This document shows, piece by piece, positions 1 through 7,633 of a DNA stretch of 64,000 bases. The stretch covers positions 106,426-170,425 of IMG/VR virus record IMGVR_UViG_3300032213_003144; one strand, given 5' to 3'. A program made the position numbers and the translations under genes. A model generated the notes under the pieces. That model was not told where the DNA came from. It saw only the letters and a program-made list of their open reading frames with translations, and did not search any database. Position 1 is the stretch's first letter. Every line of letters starts with the position of its first letter. The stretch is from a virus.

Positions 1-74
1 TTCTGTTTCAAGTCTGTCTATTAGTCTTATAAGCTCTTGTTCAATTTCTACCTGGCTTATGGGTGATGTTCTCA

Positions 75-602
75 TTATTCCCCTTTTTTCTCGATTGGCG
101 TCCAATCTACCTTGGCTAGGGCATCCATGTTCTGTGCCGGCCAATTAAATCGTGGTTTACCTATGTGGGCCAAGCCCATCTCCTGCAGAACCCACGCGTC
201 ACATCTGTCATCAGCTCCAGGATTTTGCCAAACAATTCCAGTACGTGCTGATATAGACGAAATCACTTCATTTTTTGATGCGTTTCCTTTTCCGGTTGCA
301 AACTTTGCTCGACACGTTGGGGGTATCGTTACGTAGGGAATTCCAATTTGCCACAGCAGTAGGCGAATCACCCCACCGAGCTCTCCAATAGAGAAAGCCT
401 GACCGCTGCGTGAAGCAAACGAGTAACCCTCAAGCATGACGGCCTTTACCTCGTATCTATTGATTAGGGATTCTATTTCCCTTTTTACTAGCCAGAGTCT
501 TTCTGGTCCAGACTTATTAAAAGAGATAACTCCAGATTCGTCGCCAAACGCATACCCAGTTGATGTTAGGGATAGGTCTAGTCCAAGAAAATCGTTTATC
601 AC
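75..602 (-). CDS. RuvC-like Holliday junction resolvase
   Basis: N-terminal LGLDLSLTSTG, central LEGYSF, FATGKGNASK and late DRCDA acidic motifs typical of phage RuvC-fold resolvases. Confidence 0.8.
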   Translation of the reverse strand: MINDFLGLDLSLTSTGYAFGDESGVISFNKSGPERLWLVKREIESLINRYEVKAVMLEGYSFASRSGQAFSIGELGGVIRLLLWQIGIPYVTIPPTCRAKFATGKGNASKNEVISSISARTGIVWQNPGADDRCDAWVLQEMGLAHIGKPRFNWPAQNMDALAKVDWTPIEKKGE

Positions 603-624
603 AGTGACATACTAACCTAAAAGC

Positions 625-660
625 AAAAACCCACCGAACATCCAGCGAGTTCGGTGGGTT
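625..660 (-). terminator. Intrinsic terminator (minus strand)
   Basis: Inverted repeat AACCCACCGAAC...GTTCGGTGGGTT, followed on the minus strand by a U-tract (plus-strand AAAAA). Confidence 0.65.
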
Positions 661-772
661 AAATTCGAACCGTTTGCGGCGGCTCAGAATCATTGCCGTG
701 TAGGAACACTCGACTCTTGGACCACCGCCTTTCTTCCGTGAAGGGTAGATATCGGCTAGACGAATTAAGGTT
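661..772 (-). ncRNA. Candidate structured non-coding RNA
   Basis: Intergenic and GC-richer than its flanks; minus strand has nested stems (AATTCG/CGAATT, GGCGG/CCGCC, GTGT/ACAC, CTTC/GAAG) directly upstream of a terminator. Confidence 0.35.
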
Positions 773-829
773 AGCACTTATGTTATGCACTAATAAGTGA
801 AGAGCTTTTAAATAATGTTCCACTAAAGT

Positions 830-872
830 AAAAAACGCAAAAGCCGAGTGAGTCTCCCCACCCGACTTTCGC
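830..872 (-). terminator. Intrinsic terminator (minus strand)
   Basis: Minus strand GCGAAAGTCGGGTG-loop-CACTCGGCTTTTGC then GTTTTTT; the G.U pairs only work on the minus strand. Confidence 0.75.
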
Positions 873-949
873 GCCTATAACGGTCCTAAGAATTACAACG
901 ATACACCCGTACTAAATAGTGAAAGTGTTAATTATAAAACTATAAATAA

Positions 950-1291
950 TTATCTTTCCCAGCCATGTTTTGCTAACCCTAAATCAAACGCAAGTTGAGG
1001 GTAATTACCAATTCTTACGTGACACAGCCTGCAAACTGCAAGTACATTTTCCTCATCAAGTATGGAGCCACCCTGAGAGCGTCTGATTATTTCGTGAACA
1101 TCCCTACTGAGATGTTGGTTGTATGTCGTCTTGCCGTCGTGAGTTGCAAAAACTTTACAAGCCTCGCATGCCGGTCTTTCCCTTAGTATTTTTTCAACAA
1201 ACTTACGCCGTTCGACATAAATCTCTTCGGTTTTTGCACTTCTTTTTTTAGGAGGGCCACTTCTCTTGATTGGTTTGTTTCTTCGAATCAT
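950..1291 (-). CDS. HNH endonuclease-family protein
   Basis: CEAC...DVHEIIRRSQGGS...NVLAVCRLCH motif. Confidence 0.75.
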   Translation of the reverse strand: MIRRNKPIKRSGPPKKRSAKTEEIYVERRKFVEKILRERPACEACKVFATHDGKTTYNQHLSRDVHEIIRRSQGGSILDEENVLAVCRLCHVRIGNYPQLAFDLGLAKHGWER

Positions 1292-1319
1292 TGGCGACCT
1301 CTATGCTCATGTTGTTTAC

Positions 1320-1829
1320 CTAGAGTGAATCCTCGCTAATGTCTTCGAATGTCCACTTGTTATCAAGAGTATCCCACAGCGAACGGTCTATCGCCGTATC
1401 TTCTAGGTCAAAATCCCTGAGCATTGCTCTGTGCTTTGCTATTGCTCGCTTGAAGAACTCAACCTGTTCCCAGCCATCGTTTTGCATTTCTTGGCCAGTC
1501 GAAATCATGACAGCAACTTCATCAAGCCTTCTATCAACATGAAATTTGAAGCGTTTAATTCTTGTTGCCTTGGTCTCGTAGTAGGAACCAGCTTCGCGAG
1601 TTAGCTTTGTTCCAGCCCTCCCTAGCGAGCCGTATCGTGCAAGGTCGGACTCTGAGTCAGCCTCTATATCGTCGATTTGAAGTTGGAGATTATTGGATAG
1701 TGCGAGAAGTGCGTCTTTCCATTTTTCCCAGTTCTCCTGCTTCATTAATTCTTTTTTATGCAAAGGTGACAGTTTGTTTTTAACTTCTTCTGCAACCATG
1801 CGCGCAAAAGCATCGTCGTTCGTAATCAT
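1320..1829 (-). CDS. Hypothetical protein
   Basis: 169-aa ORF in a tightly packed minus-strand operon with an RBS-like GGGGA. Confidence 0.7.
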   Translation of the reverse strand: MITNDDAFARMVAEEVKNKLSPLHKKELMKQENWEKWKDALLALSNNLQLQIDDIEADSESDLARYGSLGRAGTKLTREAGSYYETKATRIKRFKFHVDRRLDEVAVMISTGQEMQNDGWEQVEFFKRAIAKHRAMLRDFDLEDTAIDRSLWDTLDNKWTFEDISEDSL

Positions 1830-1839
1830 TTAATTCCCC

Positions 1840-2631
1840 TTATTTCCAGGCTGGACAAAAAGACTTGTATCCGCACCATCCACACAAAACTGACTTCTTG
1901 GCTTCAAACTCCCCGGAGACACATCTTTCGTCTATTCCGGACTTTGTGTTTTGTATCTTCTCAACAACCCGACTAACGTCAGATGGGGTTATCTGCATCT
2001 CAAAGCGAACTCCGTCTTTCAGGTACAAAAGTTCGGCTGATGATTCTTCTGATTCAATCCCGATGCTTGAAAGAAGCTGGGAATAAATAATCAATTGGAA
2101 GAACCTGTCTTGAAGGTCTGATTTGCGTGGAGTTTTACCTGTCTTGTAGTCACTGATTTTTGGTGCTCCAGTAACTGCGTCCTGAGTAAGTCGGTCGATG
2201 AATCCACGTATTTTGACTCCACCAATCCCACCACTAACGAAAGACTCAAGGCTATGAGGCGCTATTAACGCTGGGTCTTCAAGTCTCCAAAGGTTTTCAA
2301 CACACCACCAAGCAGACCATCTGAATAGCTTTAGATTTTTGTCATCGGTCACAATCTCTTGAACCTGTACCGCCCACTTTGTGTCCCACTGTTCTTTGGC
2401 AATTATTTTTGCTTGTTCCTGTGTTCTGAACTCTGGTGGGAGTTTGTACATTTCTTCAAGAATGTCGTGAACAAAGTTGCCGAGAAGAGCTTCTTTGCCA
2501 CTTGGGTCCTTGATGTTGTCAATCTTGCTGTACTTAAATTTAAGCGGGCACTGATTAAATGTAGAGATGGATGATGGTGATAGAAACTCTGGAGCTTTTA
2601 GTCCACCATTACTGTTACTTTGTGTCGACAT
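1840..2631 (-). CDS. RecB/AddB-type PD-(D/E)XK exonuclease, probably with Fe-S cysteines
   Basis: LSPSSISTFNQCP, GNFVHDILE, RGFIDRL, ISDYKTG, QLIIY, C-terminal CGWCGYKSFC; ATG at 2631 chosen. Confidence 0.85.
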   Translation of the reverse strand: MSTQSNSNGGLKAPEFLSPSSISTFNQCPLKFKYSKIDNIKDPSGKEALLGNFVHDILEEMYKLPPEFRTQEQAKIIAKEQWDTKWAVQVQEIVTDDKNLKLFRWSAWWCVENLWRLEDPALIAPHSLESFVSGGIGGVKIRGFIDRLTQDAVTGAPKISDYKTGKTPRKSDLQDRFFQLIIYSQLLSSIGIESEESSAELLYLKDGVRFEMQITPSDVSRVVEKIQNTKSGIDERCVSGEFEAKKSVLCGWCGYKSFCPAWK

Positions 2632-3322
2632 ATTTGCCACCAAACTGAAGACGCAAGGCTTCTACTACGAGGGCCTGTAGGTCATCGAGTGACGCTGTTG
2701 TCTTCGTTGGCTTTGGCTTGCCGCCACTGTGCGTGGACCAGAACTCGTTGAGTTCATTCTTTTGCTCCTTGGTGAGCGCTTTTGTTATTTCAACAAAAGT
2801 ATCCCACTTCTCTTCCAGCTCTGTTTTTGGTGCTACCTCAACTGGTTCTGCTTGGTGGGGTGTCGAGAAGCCGGCTTCCATTGCATCCTCAATATCCATC
2901 GCGTCTGCAGAGCGTGACAGGTAAAGGCCAACACCAATCAGTTGCGCAGCTTTTTTGAGCGCATCAGAAACTGCCATTTTTCTTGAGTTTCCGTAATCCA
3001 ACGGTTTCCCAGTTGCTTTGATTCTTTTTACTGGTGCTCCGCCAACGGCATGCTTTACGACTCTCTTGCCGTTTCCAAAATCAACAGTGAGGCTCACATG
3101 GGCACTCAGCTCATCGACATTTGTTGAAACTTCATCGCAGCTAATTATTTCGAACGACCAACCATCAACGCCGAGAACTTTGTTGAGACGATTTATGACT
3201 TCACTCACGGGGATGAACTTTAAGTTGACCCCAGAAAGATTCATGCTTTTTTCCATCTCCTCAGGGAATGGTGCGTAAAGCGCTTGGGTTATTGCCTGTT
3301 CGTTTACTTGTTGTTGTTCCAT
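2615..3322 (-). CDS. Rad52/Sak-family single-strand annealing protein
   Basis: VINRLNKVLGVDGWSFEI and KMAVSDALKKAAQLIGVGLYL motifs; adjacent to the exonuclease. Confidence 0.85.
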   Translation of the reverse strand: MEQQQVNEQAITQALYAPFPEEMEKSMNLSGVNLKFIPVSEVINRLNKVLGVDGWSFEIISCDEVSTNVDELSAHVSLTVDFGNGKRVVKHAVGGAPVKRIKATGKPLDYGNSRKMAVSDALKKAAQLIGVGLYLSRSADAMDIEDAMEAGFSTPHQAEPVEVAPKTELEEKWDTFVEITKALTKEQKNELNEFWSTHSGGKPKPTKTTASLDDLQALVVEALRLQFGGKYVDTK

Positions 3323-3350
3323 AGTTGGTTCTATCTCCTATTTCTAGTGG

Positions 3351-3842
3351 TTATTTTGCTTTGCGAACAATGATGCTTGTTTTGAGGTCGCCGACTTCAC
3401 AGTAGTTGTCTGGATTAATGCCAATTTTATTGAGTTCTTTAACTCTCCAGTACGATGGCGCGCAATAGGTCAGCATGTCAAGAGCGATTTCTTGTGGAGA
3501 CTTTGTAATCTCACCAGTATCCATGTCTACGGACATCTTCATCAACTTGTCCGCAACCGCAGAACCAAGGTCTTTGTGCTTCCAGCCCTTGCGCTCGTAT
3601 GACGAGTTCTTTTCAATTTTGATTCCGCTTGCAAGATTGACCTCTTGCTCATCGCCAATGATTCTTCCCATTGCATAAACGTAAGAATCGTAAGCAGTTG
3701 CTAAATCGCGCTTCAAGAAATTCAACTCAGCCAGTAACTCGCATGCCTCTGTGACATCTGGATTTGAGTCTGCGTATTCCATGAGTTCTGAATCAAGCTC
3801 AGCGACGAGCTTTTTAATAAGGTCTAATTTTTCATTGTTCAT
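3351..3842 (-). CDS. Hypothetical protein
   Basis: 163-aa ORF in the operon. Confidence 0.7.
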   Translation of the reverse strand: MNNEKLDLIKKLVAELDSELMEYADSNPDVTEACELLAELNFLKRDLATAYDSYVYAMGRIIGDEQEVNLASGIKIEKNSSYERKGWKHKDLGSAVADKLMKMSVDMDTGEITKSPQEIALDMLTYCAPSYWRVKELNKIGINPDNYCEVGDLKTSIIVRKAK

Positions 3843-3874
3843 TTTTAATATTCCTTGTGGTAGTGGGTCTATCT

Positions 3875-5188
3875 CTAGAGCAGTATAGAAACTTTTCTCC
3901 TCTGAGGCAACCCCAGGCCAGTTAAAAATGTGAAAGCTCCAGTAGCGGAGTCAACCTGGTCGTCGTGGTCGCAAGATTCAGGAAAAGACGAGAATTCGTC
4001 TAGCCAGTTGGATAGCCATGGAGCCCTAACGACCCTCACGTTTCCATTTGCAACAGCAGCCGCGAATGGTCTTGCTCTGGTTTCTTTATCTCCAGTTGAC
4101 CGTATTGCGGAGAAGTCATAGCCAGGAAGGACGTATCTTGCGTACTGGTCGGCTAGGGCCTTGCCAGACGAGCCTGGTTCCTGCTCCATTCGTATCGCCA
4201 CGCCATGCCCGTCCTCTAGTGCTGTTTGGGCTAGAAGCTGCTCAACCTTCTCTCCTCGGACACGGGCTCTCCGTACGTCAAGAACGTAGGATATGCCCTC
4301 ATCAAGCAGCATAAGGGTCCCTACGGTCCAGTCAGGGTCAGGGTTTGAAGATGTTGGCTCTGATGCTGCCAAGTCCCAGAATCGAACAACTCGCGCAGAA
4401 CTGGTTATTGGAGGGAGTTCGGCCGAATCAATGATAACGAACCCTGTTCTATCAAATAGGGTGCCGAGCGTTGTGCTCCACCAGTCGCCCTCCTCTAGTC
4501 GTCTGCGTTCAATTGGGTCTAGGGCCTGAAGGGCTTGGCGATATGAAACAGCATCAATTCCTGGGTTATCTGTCAGTTTTGAAGGAACGAAGATTCTCCC
4601 CTCCTGGCGGCCCTCAACGATAAATCGCTGCCTAACCCAATTGGGTGCTGGGTTTGAGGCACATCGCATTCTAAGGGGAATCTGAGAAACTGGTCCGCTA
4701 TTTGGACGGCGCAATCGTGAGAAGAGGTATCTATAGTCTGACTCTCGTATTTCAGTGACTTCATCCATCCCTATAAATTGGAACTCTGAACCCTTATAAC
4801 GAAGGTAGTCATTGACATTGTTCAGGTAACCGAAAGATACCCTGGCTCCAGATGGGAAGGTAGCGATAAACGTATTGCTATTCCAGTGGATGTCATCGTA
4901 GTTTGCCATCCATGTCTTGAATCGGTCCATCAACGCTCCAGGGAGCGACAAGTCAGCAAAAGTTCTACGGAAGAGAATTGCCGAATAACCAGGAATATCT
5001 ACGTATTGAAGTGCCGACATTAGTAGTGCTGAAGATTTGCCACCACCAGCAGCGCCTCCAAAAAGGGCTTCAAGTGCGTGCGTTCTGAGAAAAACCTTTT
5101 GATTGAGTGATGGCTCCTCAGGACAGAACGGAGTCTCCTTTGGCGTGAGGTACTTAAGCACCTCGTCCCAATTTGGTTTATTAGCCAT
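3875..5188 (-). CDS. terL: Terminase large subunit
   Basis: Walker A GGAAGGGKS, Walker B FIGMDE, coupling ASNP, nuclease RFWDLAA and C-terminal HDDQVDS. Confidence 0.95.
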   Translation of the reverse strand: MANKPNWDEVLKYLTPKETPFCPEEPSLNQKVFLRTHALEALFGGAAGGGKSSALLMSALQYVDIPGYSAILFRRTFADLSLPGALMDRFKTWMANYDDIHWNSNTFIATFPSGARVSFGYLNNVNDYLRYKGSEFQFIGMDEVTEIRESDYRYLFSRLRRPNSGPVSQIPLRMRCASNPAPNWVRQRFIVEGRQEGRIFVPSKLTDNPGIDAVSYRQALQALDPIERRRLEEGDWWSTTLGTLFDRTGFVIIDSAELPPITSSARVVRFWDLAASEPTSSNPDPDWTVGTLMLLDEGISYVLDVRRARVRGEKVEQLLAQTALEDGHGVAIRMEQEPGSSGKALADQYARYVLPGYDFSAIRSTGDKETRARPFAAAVANGNVRVVRAPWLSNWLDEFSSFPESCDHDDQVDSATGAFTFLTGLGLPQRRKVSILL

Positions 5189-5242
5189 CGGATTTACATT
5201 CCCTAATGTCGTAACTCGTGTTTATAGGCTACTGTATGTTAT

Positions 5243-5443
5243 ATGCCCAAACTGAGCACTTTGTCCAATAAGTTCAAGTCCGTAATAAAACCCAGACTAA
5301 ATAGACGTACGTTCGCTAATCTGTTCATGGTTTCATTTATACTATGTACAAGTATTGGAGCAGGTTTAATATTCCCGCCAGCGGGATTAGTGGTTGCCGG
5401 ACTGACGTGCGGTCTATTTGGTTTATTGTTAGGACTTGAGTAA
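5243..5443 (+). CDS. Small membrane protein preceding portal
   Basis: Two hydrophobic segments; ends 3 nt before the portal start. Confidence 0.6.
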   Translation: MPKLSTLSNKFKSVIKPRLNRRTFANLFMVSFILCTSIGAGLIFPPAGLVVAGLTCGLFGLLLGLE

Positions 5444-5446
5444 AAT

Positions 5447-7525
5447 ATGGCTTGGAATTCATCCGAAAATAAGTCTGCTGGTCAAAAGCAGACTAAATCC
5501 GCCATTGGTTACGGCGCGCCCGTATCAAGTAACCCAAGTTACACGGATAAGCCATACAGGGACTCGTGGGATATTGAGCGTGCCTATAGAGAGGGCATGC
5601 AGAAAATTACCTGGGTTAACAGGTGTATAGATGCAATTGCTGGGAACCAAGCAAGACTTCCGATAATTCTAAGAAAAGACAATTCAAAAGACGGCGAAAT
5701 CGTAGTCGGCCGTGAGGCCAAGCGTTCTTCATTGCTTGAGCTCCTCAACGTTAAATCAAATATCGGCGAGAACTCTTTTATTTTCAGATACAGACTTTCT
5801 GCCCAGTTACTACTTGGTACGCGCGGAGCATTTATCGAAAAGATTCGCGGACGAGATGGTGGCGTTATTGGGCTGAACCTTCTTCCGCCACAGTCAACTG
5901 CACCAATTCCTGACGCTAGAACATTTGTTTCTGGGTACGAAGTGCAGATGCCTTACGGTAAAAAAGTAATAATGAAGCCAGAGGATGTTGTCTGGATTAG
6001 AAGGCCTCACCCGCTAGACCCATATCTGTCGCTAACTCCATTGGAAGCATCTGGAGTTGCCGTAGAAATAGAAAACCTAGCCAAGTTGTACAACAGAAAC
6101 TACCTGCTTAATGACGGAAGACCTGGTGGATTACTTGTTGTCAGAGGTGAGATTGACGAAGACGATAAAGAGGAATTACGCAATAGATTTAGGGGTAATT
6201 TAGGGAAAACTGGGCACACAACAGTTATCGCTGCAGACGAAGGTGTTGACTTTGTTGATACTTCGGCAAACCCAAGAGACGCTGCCTACATACAAATGCG
6301 TCAAATTACAAAAGAAGAAATTCTTGCTGCGTTTGGAGTTCCAGAATCAGTAATTGGAAATGCCTCAGGACGAACGTTTAGTAACTCATCTGAAGAGATT
6401 AGAGTTTTCTGGGTAGAGACAATGTTGCCTCACTTGGAGCCAATAGCAAGAGCTCTCGATGAACTTGACGAAAAGTATTACCTTGACTTTGACACAAGCG
6501 AAGTTCCAATTTTGCTGCTTTACAAACAGGAACGTGAAAGATACCTAAAAGACGAATTGGGCCAAGGTCTCATCTCTGTGAACGAATACAGAATTGCGAG
6601 CGGAAGAAAAGAAGTTGAAGCAGACCTCGCTGATTCATTACTCATGAATCCGAACCTGATTCCTATTGCTAATACAAAAAAGAAGATGGAAGAGAATGCC
6701 GCCCAGATACCCGGTGGCGCTCCTGGGGCACCAGGAATGCCTCCAATGCCAGGTATGCCACCAGTTCCAGGTATGCCACCAGTTGAGGGCGCAGTTCCAC
6801 CACTTGACCCAAATACGATGCAAGGTGCAATGGCTGAAGTTGCAGCCGGTGGTGCTGGTGACATGGCTCAGACTACGCTCCCACCAGAAGTGGCCGGAAT
6901 GGCACCAGCAACTGGAGCAGCCCCAATACCGCAAGGCATGGCTAGCGACCCACAAGATGGTTTTCAGTACAAAACAGCACTGACCGAGGATTTTGATAAA
7001 TCGGAAATGGCGATTGAGCGCTGGTCAGAAATTCTCTCCAGAGGAATCGAGAGGGTCGTTGAAAGACAGCAAAGGGTTGTTCTGGAAAAGGCTGGCAGCA
7101 GCAAGTCCAAGAAAGCTCTGATGTCTGGGACTCTTGACCTTGATTCAATTTTCGCCACAGATACATGGAACAAGCAAATGGAAGACGACTTGCGTCCTGT
7201 TATTTCCGCAATAATCAATGACTCTTTTGAATTTAGAAAAGAATCGTATTCTCAAAAAGGACTCAAGCCGAGAACAATTGCGCCTGCGACAATTAAGAAA
7301 AATATCGATTCACAGATATCAAGAATCATCTCAATCAACTCAGGTATTCGTTCTTCAATGGAAGAAATGATGATGAAATCATTCTCCCACGCTGGAGAAG
7401 AGCAAAGATTTTCCGTCTTTAGAGAAGAGCTTGTGGGCATGTACGCAAACATTCTTGCCAAGGACCAGTTGGAAATTTCAGAAACTGAAGCAAAAAATGC
7501 ATGGACGTTTGGACAGGTTGGATAG
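5447..7525 (+). CDS. Portal protein (HK97 family) with Pro-rich linker and C-terminal extension
   Basis: VNRCIDAIA, LTPLEA, NDGRPGGLL, EILAAFGVP, ISVNEYR motifs. Confidence 0.92.
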   Translation: MAWNSSENKSAGQKQTKSAIGYGAPVSSNPSYTDKPYRDSWDIERAYREGMQKITWVNRCIDAIAGNQARLPIILRKDNSKDGEIVVGREAKRSSLLELLNVKSNIGENSFIFRYRLSAQLLLGTRGAFIEKIRGRDGGVIGLNLLPPQSTAPIPDARTFVSGYEVQMPYGKKVIMKPEDVVWIRRPHPLDPYLSLTPLEASGVAVEIENLAKLYNRNYLLNDGRPGGLLVVRGEIDEDDKEELRNRFRGNLGKTGHTTVIAADEGVDFVDTSANPRDAAYIQMRQITKEEILAAFGVPESVIGNASGRTFSNSSEEIRVFWVETMLPHLEPIARALDELDEKYYLDFDTSEVPILLLYKQERERYLKDELGQGLISVNEYRIASGRKEVEADLADSLLMNPNLIPIANTKKKMEENAAQIPGGAPGAPGMPPMPGMPPVPGMPPVEGAVPPLDPNTMQGAMAEVAAGGAGDMAQTTLPPEVAGMAPATGAAPIPQGMASDPQDGFQYKTALTEDFDKSEMAIERWSEILSRGIERVVERQQRVVLEKAGSSKSKKALMSGTLDLDSIFATDTWNKQMEDDLRPVISAIINDSFEFRKESYSQKGLKPRTIAPATIKKNIDSQISRIISINSGIRSSMEEMMMKSFSHAGEEQRFSVFREELVGMYANILAKDQLEISETEAKNAWTFGQVG

Positions 7526-7633
7526 TTTCACTAAACTATTTCTGTAAAACATTCACTTTTTTTAAATACTTACATTCTGGAACATGTTTTTCGTTTAATA
7601 TCGACTAGCAGCCGAGAGAAGTTGGTTCCAAAA

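Noticed and set aside
517-777. 86-aa minus-strand ORF
   Set aside because: It runs through a terminator hairpin and overlaps the RuvC-like start; better explained as non-coding
875-890. rRNA gene fragment or host contamination
   Set aside because: The match is only 16 nt and the flanks do not continue the 23S sequence; kept only as a candidate antisense seed
1840-2631. Cas4 / CRISPR system
   Set aside because: No repeat-spacer array or other cas gene seen; the Rad52/Sak neighbour indicates a recombination exonuclease
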